DNA of 64,000 nucleotides from Eledone cirrhosa (Eukaryota): NCBI GenBank assembly GCA_964016885.1, contig OZ024746.1, positions 70,308,001 to 70,372,000 of the forward strand, read 5' to 3'. Shown piece by piece: positions 14,096 to 26,445 of this stretch (position 1 is its first letter; each line of letters starts with the position of its first letter). The notes under the pieces were generated by a model. It saw only the letters and a program-made list of their open reading frames with translations, ran no database searches and was not told where the DNA came from. The position numbers and the translations under genes were made by a program.

Positions 14096-14595
14096 CTCTA
14101 TATATATATAGGTTCATATATATATATGTGTGTGTTATATAGAACCTGCTCCTTTGTTAATTAATTAGCTAACATTTGAAAACTATTTTCTGTATGCTAA
14201 TGTTTATATGTGTAACAAACCAAATTGACTTAATGAAAAACATCTTCTATCTACCATATTATATCCTGGGATGCGTTATCTAGTATATTCAAGCATTTTA
14301 AAGAAGATTTGGCTGTTGCTTTTAGCATGTAAAAAGATAAGTTAACGAGTCCTTCGTATTGTTTAATAGCTGCTTATCATTACAAAGACTAGCAGAAAAA
14401 CCACCCTTCGGGTGGTTTTCTGCTAGCATGTGTAGTGTGTATATTGGTATCATATGCAAGTATATATACATGTAGATATAATACATCAAATAAAATCGTA
14501 ATTGACAATATAAACAGAAATTGAACGAAGTCGTTGTTACACTGTTTTATGTAATCTGTAAGGTAATCCATGATACATTAAAAAAAGACGATATA

Positions 14596-15597
14596 TGTAT
14601 ATATATAAAATTAAGTATGTGTGTGTGTGTGTGTCTGTGTGGGGCCTAAATCTTACGACCGATTTTCATGAAGCTTTACAAGCTCATAGATTAGTCATCG
14701 GGGAGTGTTTTCTATATATCAGCGTATCGTTTTTTTTTTATTCCGGGGTCATTCTGCAGATAAAAATCGATAGGGGTCACCTTTTTTTAGGTATCGAAAA
14801 ATAAGATTTTAGGCTTTAGCTTCCACATTTTGCCACCGATTTCGTTCAAATTTTAAAGCAAAATAGAATTTATCATTGCACATCCTGTAATGGCTTTATA
14901 TTTTGCATTTGTTGTTCAGGGACGGCGTAGCAGCCGCTTAAATATTCAAAAATACCACTTTTAGACTCAAATTTCCCCTTTTTCGGCTCTAGCTCCCACA
15001 TTAATCAACCTACTTTGTTCAAATTTTACACTACGCTAAATCTGATTATTTCACGTCTTAAAGTGGCTTTACATTTTGGATTTTTTGTTCAGGAACGGCG
15101 TGGCAGCCGCTTAAATATTCAAAAATACCACCTTTTCGCTCAAATTTCCGCCTTTTCGGCTCTAGCCCCCACATTTTTCAACCAATTTCGTTCAAATTCG
15201 AAACTTCGGCTCCACCTCACACATAAATCAATTTATTTGGTTCAACTTTTATACTACGATAGAACCTATCATTGCACATCTTATAGATGGTCAAAGGCAA
15301 AACGATGGTCACTGACGTCGTCTGAGCTTTTAGTTGTGTATTTGAGAATCCATGGGTTTCCAATCAAGAAGCGTGAGGAAATTTGGCTTAGTGTTAGAGG
15401 TCATTACCTCCCTCCCCCAGAATGCCCCTTCGTCAGTCACCCGCGTTTCTCAGCAATAGAGGTCATCACCACCCTCCCCCGCATGGCCTGTGTGTGGCCA
15501 TAGATGAGACATCGAGAAGCAGTCGCTAAGATCAACACCTTTTCATCAAAGCAGATATTATTTTACCTACTCAGGCAACGCTGGGTACTGCTGCTAG
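14596..15597 (+). mobile_element. Non-autonomous Helitron
   Basis: atatataaaa-microsatellite 5' end, internal direct subrepeats, 3' hairpin (ctcaggcaacgctggg) then CTAG|T; 3' end resembles that of 37880-38796. Confidence 0.65.
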
Positions 15598-15742
15598 TTA
15601 TATATAAACTGCATTAGAAGAAAATTAGTGACAGAAAAATAGTATGTTTATTTAAGTGATCGCCACCGGAAGTATTGACATCACACACTCTCTCTTTCTA
15701 TATATATGGTAGTTGAAGTGATATGTTCAATCACATGTTGAC

Positions 15743-15985
15743 ACTACATGTTTCTGTGGTGTGATCAGCTACTTAAATGTTAATACTACATGTTTCTGTG
15801 GTGTGGTCAGCTACTTAAATGTTAATACTACATGTTTCTGTGGTGTGATCAGCTACTTAAATGTTAATACTACATGTTTCTGTGGTGTGGTCAGCTACTT
15901 AAATGTTAATACTACATGTTTCTGTGGTGTGATCAGCTACTTAAATGTTAATACTACATGTTTCTGTGGTGTGGTCAGCTACTTA
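15743..15985 (+). repeat. 42-bp tandem repeat, about 5.8 copies, alternating A/G variants
   Basis: Unit actacatgtttctgtggtgtg(a/g)tcagctacttaaatgttaat. Confidence 0.95.
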
Positions 15986-16060
15986 CATATCAATTTAACG
16001 AGTAGAGTTGTTCCGTTAATCAAACCAATCGAATGTCCATCATCGAAACCGACGAAACTC

Positions 16061-16860
16061 CAGGGGCGGTGGAAGCATTTCTGAATGAGGGGTGGGGCCA
16101 AATTTAGTCAATTTGGTTGTATTGATTAGTTTAGTTCTTTGCACTTTAAAATGGTCAGTAAACTTCGATATGCGATAAACATAACATGTACATAAATTGT
16201 AGCGCATATCCAATTAGATGCGTGTTTGGGTAGTTTGGGGAGAATCTTACAAAACACACACTACTACACGGAACTCTCTTCCAATGCCCCTCTGTATGTC
16301 AATTAATACCAAACTCTCACCATATCTATGTCTACTACACGGAACTCTCCCCCAAACCCCCTCTCTATATCTACCTTACAACACTCTCTCCCATTCCCTC
16401 TCCCTGTATCCATCACTACCAAACTCTCCCCCTCTCTATATCTATCAATACATATCTCTATTAATCCTCACCACTCATTACCGCCAACCTCTCCCTTTCT
16501 CTACATCAACCATACAACACTCTTTATATCAAGTAGCACCAAACTCTCGCTCCTCTCTATATCCACTACACGGGACTCTCTTCTAATCCCCCTCTCTATG
16601 TCAATTAACACCAAACTCTCCTCCTCTCTATATCTACTACACGGATTCATCTTCCAATCCCCCTCTATATATCAATTAGCACCAAACTCTCCACCTCTGA
16701 ATGTCTACTACACGGAACTCTCTTTCAATCCCCCTCTCTATATCTATTACCACCAAACTGTCCCCCTCTCTTTATTTATATCTATCTCGACATAACATGT
16801 ACATAAATTGTAGCGCACGTACAAATAGATGTGTAGTTTAGGGAGAAAAATATAAAGTGG
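16061..16860 (+). mobile_element. Second copy of the CAGGGG-headed CT-rich repeat element
   Basis: Homologous to 1712-2385; internal direct repeat acataacatgtacataaattgtagcgca at about 16180 and 16790. Confidence 0.55.
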
Positions 16861-17092
16861 TGTGCTCATGCGCGGAGATGCATAGCTTATGAAATAATAT
16901 GAAGACCCTTAATATAAATAAAACAATTAAAATGCCATATTGATCTTCAATACTTGGTGATCTTTTTCTAATTAAACTGTGGGATTTTCAAAGGGCCAGC
17001 TAGGATGTCTTCATCTGAAATGTATTCAAATAGCTTCTTGAATTAGTAAGAAGTTTACGTTTTAAAAGACACCCTATTGGTTTGTAACTCAC

Positions 17093-17293
17093 AATGGTTT
17101 CATCAATGTTGTTTTGAGCAAGACGGAACTTTCCGAATCCTTTGTAGCTGCTACGGACCACATCTTCAGTGTCGTCTGAAACAACGAACTGGTTTTGTTT
17201 CATAGTGTGGACATATTTATCAAAAGTTATGTTGCCGTCTTTGTTATTTTCTCTCAGCTTTTTCATCAGTTTGTTGGTTCCTGCGATCATAAT
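17093..17293 (-). CDS. Gene A exon 4: IMIAGTNKLM...NIDETI
   Basis: CAG acceptor, GTGAGT donor, 201 nt, phase 0/0; aligns without gaps to gene B exon 53415-53615 (IAGTN, ITF..Y...MKQN, GF...RLA). Confidence 0.9.
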
Positions 17294-17726
17294 CTGAAGA
17301 AACCAGAAATATCAGTTAAGGAGGTATGTATGGTAAAAGTATGCCATTTTACAATTATCCAACTGTATATATTTTTGACGTGTTAGTTTTGTTTAATCCA
17401 AACTTTAGAACTATATAATATAAACATATCTTTTTATTTTTAGAAATTTAGATTAGATTTAAGTTTTAAATGAAAACTTCTTTTCTTTTTTGTTTATATA
17501 TTATAAACCTGGCCGCCAAGTGCTTGTATTTAATTAATTCTTTTGGTAATAAGTTCCGAAATATTAGGACAAAAGAAAAAGGTAATAATAACAAATACGA
17601 GGTATCTAACTTTTTCGTTACCTTCGTTTTATCTTCCATTTTGCATTGTCTTAGCCTTCTTATATATATCACTTTCTACATTATAATTCTTTTAATATTG
17701 GTCGGCACAATTTCTATATATATATA

Positions 17727-17892
17727 CCGTATTTCCCGGCGTTGAAGACGCTACTTTTTTCCTAAAATAAGTTTCAAAAATCTACCATGTATCTTGGAGG
17801 CCGAAGATTGCTTATTTTATTTTTTTATTTTTGGTTGTCAAAATTAGGGTGCGACCTCGAGGACGAAGCGTCTTCGGCGCCGGGAAATATGG
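17727..17892. mobile_element. Tc1/mariner-pogo-type MITE
   Basis: TIRs CCGTATTTCCCGGCG...GAAGACGC / GCGTCTTC...CGCCGGGAAATATGG flanked by a TA target duplication. Confidence 0.85.
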
Positions 17893-18264
17893 TAATAATT
17901 ATTGTAGCATAAATAAATATAGTGTACTATTATTTCAACATGTGACTTTTACTATTTAATTTTAAACAATATTCAGATTTACTTAATGATAATAATAATA
18001 CACATACACATGCACACATGTGTGTATCATGACTCGTGCACTGTTCATTTTACTGATGTTTGTGCATTGCCCTATGTACTGTACATGCACTTTTTTGATG
18101 GGTTGTGGTGCACCTGGGCACTGTGCACAATATTTCATTATTGTTATTGTTATTATATCATGACTCATACACTGTTTATTTTCCTGACATTTGTACATGA
18201 TTCTATGTACTATACATGCACCTTTGATGAGTTGTAGTGCACCTGAGCACTGTACACAATAATT

Positions 18265-18295
<31 letters not shown>

Positions 18296-18344
18296 AATAA
18301 TAATGGTTTTCGATATTGAACATACTATATTTCCGTATCTAAAA

Positions 18345-19100
18345 TATAACTGTTTCTACTTTTTGGCACAAGGCCAGCAAATACCCAGTGCATTACTGGT
18401 ACTTTATTTTATCGACTCCGTAAGGATGAAAGGCAAAGTTAACTTCGACGGGATTTGAACTCAGACCGTAAAGAGACGTAACTATGCTGGAAAGCATGGC
18501 GTCCTACCGATACTGCCAATTCATATAACATTGTTTAGGTATGTTTGGAACGCGGCGAGCGAAATTTAGAATTGAAATAGAAACAGAAGCTACACCGTAA
18601 CATTGACCTAATAATATAATCAAAAATAGAGCGTGTAAACCCACTGAACTGAAGAAGATGAGTATCAGCGCCTTTCTTTTTCCGTTCAGTGAGTTTATAC
18701 GCTCCATGTCCCTTTCGGGTCTGAGTTTAAATCCTGCCGAGGTTAACTTTGCCTTTCATCCTTACGGAGTCGATAAAATAAAGTAGCAGTAATGTAACAG
18801 TAATGTAACAGTAATGTACTGGCCTTGTTCCAAAAGTAGAAACAATTATTAAGTCAATGTTACAGCATAGGTTTTATTTCTATTTTAATTCATAACACTA
18901 TCTATATACATTATTTATTGGCAGTATTGGTAGAGGGTCGGACGCCATGCTTTGACGCATAGAGTTATGGCCCTTTCCACTCTGAGTTCAAATCCCGCCG
19001 AGGTTAACTTTGCCTTTCATCCTTACGGGGTCGATAAAATAAAGTACCAGTAATACACTGGGTAATTGCTGGCCTTGTGCCTTACGTAGAAACAATTATT
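18345..19100. mobile_element. Three SINE family 1 copies (18345-18520 minus; 18715-18850 and 18918-19100 plus)
   Basis: Consensus core matches. Confidence 0.8.
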
Positions 19101-19624
19101 TAATAAGCTGTTTAATTTGCATACAAATTGTTGATTTTATCTGCTTTCATTTCATTTTCTAAATGTTTGATACTGAAATATCGTAGTTTGTCGTGAACTA
19201 CATTTTTCAACCTTTGTCATACACTCGAGACCTTTCAGGAAAACTGATAACGAAGAATTTTTCGTCGTCGGCGGCTTGTCTGACAAACATATCAAGTGAT
19301 ACTCGTGAGGGTGCTTAGCTGTTCCAATGATTCATCTTTGCTATTACCTACGGTAATGCTGTTAGTGTATTGGCTTGCCTCGAAAATGTTTAGAGGGAAA
19401 TATCAGCATTCCCCATTGAAGTAGCTAACTGCCATCTTTTCTTTTCAACCTGTTTTTACTGTTATTGTTTATTAACTTTGTTAATTGTAGATATGGTCCA
19501 ATTATATATCACAAAGTCCACAAACAACTGAAAAAATACGTTTTAAAATATTTTCTGCGGAAACATTTAGCAATTTCTATTCGAATTTTGAAATATTTGT
19601 GGCTTTCAATGCTTAGATAATGTG

Positions 19625-19915
19625 AAGGTGCAAGACTTGGAGGTTAAGATATTGAGATCGTGGTCCGGATTTCGATTCCCGACAGCGCGTTGTGTTCGTG
19701 AGCAAATACTTTATTTCTGGTTGCTTCAGTCCATTCAACTATAATTCAAAGGACTAGCTTTGTCACACTCAATGTCACGCTAAATCTCCCTGATAACTAC
19801 CTAAAGGGTACACGTATCTTTGGAATGCTCTGCTACTTGCATGTTTATTTCATGAGTAAGAGCTGATCCGTTGATCAAACAATCGCAACACTCGAAGTCT
19901 GAACCCACAGAAGTC
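19625..19915 (+). mobile_element. Older tRNA-headed SINE family 2 (related copies near 20465-20770, 25600-25730, 26000-26280, and 11840-11950 on minus)
   Basis: ttcgattcc B-box followed by the gtgtccttgagcaa(a/g)acacttt motif and a shared ...ttccgttgatc tail. Confidence 0.55.
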
Positions 19916-19977
19916 CAACACATACACACACGCGCACACACTTAGATAATAGTTATATAACTTTAATGTGAACTAAC

Positions 19978-20165
19978 TTGCAGCTCCTTGTCCATATTCT
20001 TAATTACATCAGTAGTTAAGTTACCATAACTGGCAGCTAAAGTGCAGTGGTAAGGTATCTGTTTGGTCTTTACGATGTCTTCTACTTTATTACGAGCCCA
20101 CATTTCTCTAGCTTCATTTATAACCATTGCTGCAGTTTCCAGTCCATTCTTAGCTTGAGCAAGAC
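19978..20165 (-). CDS. Gene A exon 3: LAQAKNG...PYHCTLAASYGNL...MDKELQ
   Basis: TAG acceptor, GTTAGT donor, 188 nt, phase 1/0, open frame; PYHCxLAASYGxLxT...MD motif shared with gene B exon 54338-54516. Confidence 0.9.
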
Positions 20166-20872
20166 CTAGAATAAAACATTATTTTAATGGCTTATGTTCT
20201 TTTTTTATTTTATTTTGTAAATCTAGATAATTATTTAAGGGCGTACGAGAGAGAGAAAGTTAGCTAAAAGAGGGACAGGGGGATATAATGTGAGAGAGAT
20301 AAAGATAGAAAGATAGAGGGAGATACAGAGAGAGAGAGGGAGAGAGAGAGAGAGAGAGGGGGGAAGAGAGAAACAGAGAAAGTGAGAAAAAGAAAGGAAA
20401 AGAGAATCAATGGGGATAAGGACTAAGTATTTTTTCAAGTTTACAATTCTTTGTATTTGAACGCGCATGACTTAGTGGTTAAATAGTTTAGTTTGTGATC
20501 GTGAGTTCAATGTCTGGTACTGAGTTTTGTCCTTGAGCAAAACATTTTATTTCACGTTGTTCCAGTTCAATCAACTGGTAAAAATGAGTTGTACCTGTAA
20601 TTCAATTGGCTAGCTTTGATACACAGCACATCACACTGAATCTACCTGAGATTTAGATCATGGGTATATGTATCTGTAGAAAACTTAATCATTTAAATGT
20701 TAATTTCAAGAGCAGGTTGTTCCGTTGGACGAATCGACTGGGACACTCTTCGTCGTAACAGACGAAGATCCCACTCAATTCTTCCTCTCTATCCAGCAGG
20801 AAGAGCACACTGACGGACAAATCAAATTGGAATAAGGACAGAATAAAACAAGACACTAGTATCGAAGATTTT

Positions 20873-20982
<110 letters not shown>

Positions 20983-21259
20983 TCTCTCCCTCTCTACAAA
21001 TATCAGTATGGATATATATATATATATATATAAAAGATCTTATTAAATCTGACTGTTCTTCTTGTTAATAATTAACGAATTATTATATCTTCTTGTCTTT
21101 GTACTAATTACTAATTAAAATACTAATTTTAAATAATAAATGACTGTATACATACGTGATGATCCTGCAGGGGCACCGCCAACTATATGAAAAGACAATA
21201 AATAAATATCAGACTCGCTGTATTTAGAAATTAAATTGATTCATTTCAATTAATATCAG

Positions 21260-21617
21260 AATAATATGTTTATTTTCAATATAGAAATAATGAAAAAGAA
21301 GGGGAAACAAAGAATAGGGAAATATGGGGGAGGGGGGTGAAACAAAAGGAGAGAAAGAAAGAAGAAAAAGGATCGGGAAGGGGAGGGGATGGCAAGAAGA
21401 GAGGGGAGGGGTGAAGTGGGAGGGTGATTGGACTTTGGGCCTAGGGCAAGAGGGCAGAAGAACTGCGCCCCGCTGACAAGACGGCAAAAGCATTCCCCGG
21501 ACGATGGCCAGCGACACCCGCAGTAACAGTCACCCAACCTCACGGGGTTCCCTCCTCAGACGGGCCACCGATGCTCCGATCTTACGAAGGAGCTCGGCAG
21601 TACGGGGTCCAAGTACA
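21260..21617 (-). mobile_element. Second CRE-like 3' fragment with its 3' UTR
   Basis: Translates VLGPRTAELLRKIGASVARLRREPREVG*LLLRVSLAIVRG then NAFAV after a frameshift, homologous to 13758-14051; then a CT-rich UTR and AATAAA. Confidence 0.7.
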
Positions 21618-22176
21618 AGGAAATTTCAATACTTTTATAGACTCTATATATTTTTATACTATTTTGTTATCAATATTACGAAGTATTAAGGGCGGTAGAT
21701 TGGCAGTATTGGTAGAGCGTCGGGCAGCATGCAGTTGCGGGCATTTACATTCTGAGTTCAAATCCCGCCGAGTTTAACTTTGTTTGTCATCTTTTTGGGG
21801 TCGATGAAACAAAACATCAGTAAAGAACTGGGGTCGATTTATTCAACTTTCCCCTCCCCAAATTGTTGTCCTTGTGGCTAAATCAGAAAAGAATATTACG
21901 AAATATTCAGTTGAAAACATGTTCAACAATTTCTGTAAACACTTTCTATTTCTTGAACATTTCCCCCAAATAGGAGAAATCTTTGTTTTAAATGATTGTC
22001 ATTAACTTTTGAACAAAATGCAATTCAATAATTCTTCTAAGATCCCTTCATAAACTCTTTCAAATATTTTTATTTATCTTATAACGACATTGCACTGAAG
22101 AGGAAACGGTATTTTGAAACAGAATATGTCTGTGATTAAGGAGGAAATAAATGATAATCAATCAATCATGTTCCCA

Positions 22177-23677
22177 CAACTGGTGTAGCAGTCGTGGGGT
22201 GCAACTGGTGTAGGACTCGTGGAGTGCAACTGGTGTAGCACTCGTGGGGTGCAACTGGTGTAGGACTCGTTGGGGTGCAACTGGTGCAGTCACTCGTTGG
22301 GGTGCAACTGTTGCAGTCACTCGTTGGGGTGCAACTGGTGTAGGACTCGTTGGGGTGCAACTGTTGCAGTCACTCGTTGGGGTGCAACTGGTGCAGTCAC
22401 TCGTTGGGGTGCAACTACTGCAGCCACTCATTGGGGGTGCAACTGGTGTAGCAGTCGTGGGGTGCAACTGGTGTAGCACTCGTGGGGTGCAACTGGTGCA
22501 GTCACTCGTTGGGGTGCAACTGGTGTAGCACTCGTGGGGTGCAACTGGTGTAGGACTCGTTGGGGTGCAACTGGTGTAGCACTCGTGGGGTGCAACTGGT
22601 GTAGCACTCGTGGGGTGCAACTGGTGTAACACTCGTGGAGTGCAACTGGTGTAGCACTCGTGGGGTGCAACTGGTGTAGGACTCGTTGGGGTGCAACTGG
22701 TGTAGGACTCGTTGGGGTGCAACTGTTGCAGTCACTCGTTGGGGTGCAACTGGTGTAGCACTCGTGGAGTGCAACTGGTGTAGCACTCGTGGGGTGCAAC
22801 TGGTGTAGGACTCGTTGGGGTGCAACTGGTGTAGCACTCGTGGGGTGCAACTGGTGTAGCACTCGTGGGGTGCAACTGGTGTAGGACTCGTTGGGGTGCA
22901 ACTGGTGTAGCACTCGTGGAGTGCAACTGGTGTAGCACTCGTTGGGGTGCAACTGGTGTAGCACTCGTGGGGTGCAACTGGTGTAGCACTCGTGGAGTGC
23001 AACTGGTGTAGCACTCGTGGGGTGCAACTGGTGTAGCACTCGTGGAGTGCAACTGGTGTAGCACTCGTTGGGGTGCAACTGGTGTAGCACTCGTGGGGTG
23101 CAACTGGTGTAGGACTCGTTGGGGTGCAACTGGTGTAGCACTCGTGGGGTGCAACTGGTGTAGGACTCGTTGGGGTGCAACTGGTGCAGTCACTCGTTGG
23201 GGTGCAACTGGTGTAGTACTCTTGGGGTGCAACTGGTGTAGGACTCGTTGGGGTGCAACTGGTGTAGCACTCGTGGGGTGCAACTGGTGTAGGACTCGTT
23301 GGGGTGCAACTGGTGTAGGACTCGTTGGGGTGCAACTGTTGCAGTCACTCGTTGGGGTGCAACTGGTGTAGCACTCGTGGGGTGCAACTGGTGTAGCAGT
23401 CGTGGGGTGCAACTGGTGTAGCACTCGTGGGGTGCAACTGGTGCAGTCACTCGTTGGGGTGCAACTGTTGCAGTCATTAGTTGGGGTGCAACTACTGCAT
23501 CCTCTCATTGGGGTGCAACTGGTGCAGTCACTCGTTGGGGTGCAACTGTTGCAGTCACTCGTTGGGGTGCAACTACTGCAGCCACTCATTGGGGGTGCAA
23601 CTGGTGTAGCAGTCGTGGGGTGCAACTGGTGTAGCCACTAGTTGGGGTGCCACTGTTGTAGTCACTCGTTGGGGTGT
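22177..23677. repeat. 1.5-kb GC-rich minisatellite of 25-28-bp variant units in intron 2 of gene A
   Basis: Near-constant gg(g/a)gtgcaact core with a few recurring variants (ggtgtagcactcgt, ggtgtaggactcgtt, g(g/t)tgcagtcactcgtt, actgcagccactcattg). Confidence 0.95.
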
Positions 23678-23685
23678 CACGCTAG

Positions 23686-23760
23686 ATGTGCTCTGCTGTA
23701 CTTCTTTTGGGCCTGAATCCTGTCTGTTCTTCTGCCAGGATTGATTTCTTCTGCCTTTCC
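23686..23760 (-). mobile_element. Short LINE reverse-transcriptase fragment abutting the minisatellite
   Basis: Translates ILAEEQTGFRPKRSTAEHI (EQxGFR..RST RT motif). Confidence 0.6.
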
Positions 23761-25174
23761 CTTACGTCTTTTTGGCTTTAAAGGTTTTGGAGCCAATAGC
23801 GAGAGTCAGGGGAGAACCAATGTACCCGTGCATCCCTAAGGATACCGCTGTCGGACATCAGGTATTCTCTCTACCCGAACACTCTGATTAAAAATAAATT
23901 CAGCAAAGAAAAAGTCGTTTCTTTTATTTATTGGTAATTATTTTACAAAAATACAGCGAATAGTCAATGAGAAATTAATTTAATCATTTTTTTTCCTTCC
24001 CACACTTGAGTAGCAGTCAAAGGAATAGCAGTCCAGAGGCGGGGATTAACTGACTTGTGCCTAAATCAGAAAACATTATGTAACCAGCACCTATCTGTGT
24101 CTCTGGTAAATACAGTTGGTTGCCAGTGACCAAACCCATCTGTAGAAGCGCTTTTAGAGGATGAGTGCTTCGTGAACTCCAAGTAATGAGGGCGAATCCT
24201 TCCATAGACAAAAACAGACAGCTGTATTGAATTGCAATGAGGTGAGGATTGAGAGAAGTTTCAAAGATCGTCCATGACACATCACAAAACATTCTTACGA
24301 TGGTTGAAACAGATCAACTTACATTTGTACTTCCTTACTATAAATCAAACGAGAAAATGAACCGATCGGTAGCAACACCTAACAGAATGAAGCGGGATTT
24401 GAACCCGGAATGCAAAGTATTAGATCAGATGCCGCGACGCATTCTGTTCGAATCTTCAACAATTCCACCAATCAACCAACCCTTGGACTAGCACTTAATT
24501 TATTTATGGACCCGAAAGGGATGAAAGGTAAATTTGGCATTGGTGTGATTGGAACTCACAGCACTGTGAGCCGGAACAAATATTGAGGCATTTAATCAGA
24601 CGCCTTCACGACTCTGTCAATTATTTGGTAACATGAATTTTTCTTTCTACTTTTTACGTGTGGTCCTGGACAAAACTATTCTGTCATAAGTCTTATTGTG
24701 GACCAAAAATACAGCGAGCGAGTTTGAAAATAGAAATAGAAGCTTTCACCGTATTAGTGGGGTTTAGAACCCCTCAAAGAAATGGAAAAAGATGAGAATT
24801 GGCGTACATGGGAGACGAAGCAACATCTTTTGTTATCCAGACCACTGTGCTACCGTTACACCAACACATCACCCAACTCCTTCCATTCAAATTAGAAGCT
24901 ACATACATTGACAGGTAATTATGTTTTGAAACAGCGAGCGAGTTTGAAATTAGAAATAGAAGCTTTCGCCGTATTTGAAATGTTAGCCCGACAGTGGGGT
25001 TTAGAAGCCTCAAAGAAAAGGAAAAGATGAGTATTGACGAGGGTTCTAAAACCCACTATCGGACTAAAATTTCTTTAGTAAAAAATACGACGAAAGCTTC
25101 TGTTTCTAATATCATTTCTAGTATTTCTGAGCCTTTCCTGAATGTGGGATCCAAATATTACATATTTAAAGACA

Positions 25175-25365
25175 ATAATTGTTTCTACTTTCGACACAAG
25201 GCCAGCAAATACCCCAGTTCATTACTGGTACTTTGTTTTATCGACCCCGTAAGGATGAAAGGCAAAATTAAACTCGCCGGGTTTGAACTCAGAACGTAAA
25301 GGACCATAACTCTATGCTGAAAAGCATGGTGTCTGACGCTCTACCGATACTGCCAATCTACCATC
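25175..25365 (-). mobile_element. SINE family 1
   Basis: Consensus match; TSD tatttaa(a)gacaat on both sides. Confidence 0.85.
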
Positions 25366-25440
25366 CTATTTAAGACAATGGTGACAGTTTATCAGAATCT
25401 GATTTATCGAAATAAAATTTTAGATATGAATAATACTTAC

Positions 25441-25458
25441 GGATTGAAGAGATAGACG
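25441..25458 (-). CDS. Gene A exon 2, 18-nt micro-exon (A)SISSI(R)
   Basis: ttcattttcttattccag|CGTCTATCTCTTCAATCC|gtaagta: strong acceptor and donor, phase 1/1, keeps the frame. Confidence 0.6.
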
Positions 25459-26445
25459 CTGGAATAAGAAAATGAAAAAAAAATCGATATTTTAATAGTT
25501 TGGTATATAAGATGATTTTTTTAAAAACCCTCAGTATATGATATGATATTTATAACTAAGAAAGATCTTTATTTCATGTTGAGTTAGTGTGAAAGTGCTT
25601 GACCTGGTGGTTATTGTGTTCTGTTCACGATCATAAGGACGTTAGTTTGATTCCTGATGGTGCCTTGTGTCCTTGAGCAAAACACTTTGTTTTATTTTGC
25701 TCCAGTCCACTTAGCTGGCAAAAATGACTTTGGTTCGATGTTTCGCTATTATGAAAGAAAGTGTTATCGCAGTTGACTATATAAGATTAAGTGAACATAG
25801 GTCGATAAATAGTACATTATCTTAACTGATAGTTTAAGTGTGATCGCGGGGAAAACAGTTTTTATCTTATACAAGTCTGAGAAGGATCTTTAATGCATAT
25901 AAACTTAGTAAAATTCGCTCAAACAGAAAATAGAACGAATAGTTTTAATACATTTAGAAGGAGTGTCAGAGTCATTGTATTTCGTGATATATAGACATAG
26001 GCATGGCTGAGTACTTAATATGTTTACTTCACGACCATGAGGTCTCATGTTTGATTCTACTGCTTGACATCTTAGACAAGTGTCTTTACCATAGCCTTGT
26101 GTCAACCGAAGCTTTGTAAGTGAAACTGAATTGACGAAAGTTATGTGGAAGCTTGTCGGATATATTATGCCTGTAATTTAAAGGTCCAGCCTTGTCCCAT
26201 AATATGTCACGCTGATTGTACCTGGGAATTATATTAAAGGTATACACACATGTGGAATACTCTGCCACTTACACGTTAATGCTCATTGTTGAAACCAATG
26301 TAGGATTCATCATTCAATGATTTAGCTACATCGATTTACTTGTTGAGTTTAAATAGGTTCCTCATCGAAACAGTAAACGAGATCAGATTTTGAATTAAAA
26401 AACATTATTTCAATAAGATCCTTAAATCAAACTGTTGATACTTAC

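Noticed and set aside
22177-23677. CRISPR-like look (constant core plus variable segments) and long Cys-rich ORFs
   Set aside because: The variable parts are a few recurring 13-17-bp variants, not unique spacers; eukaryotic context with no cas genes; mixed unit lengths break every reading frame.
23766-23883. Exon-like segment (CAG...GTAAG) in gene A intron 2 with an in-frame TGA, raising a selenocysteine idea
   Set aside because: It ends in phase 2 while the next exon needs phase 1, has no counterpart in gene B, and I saw no SECIS.
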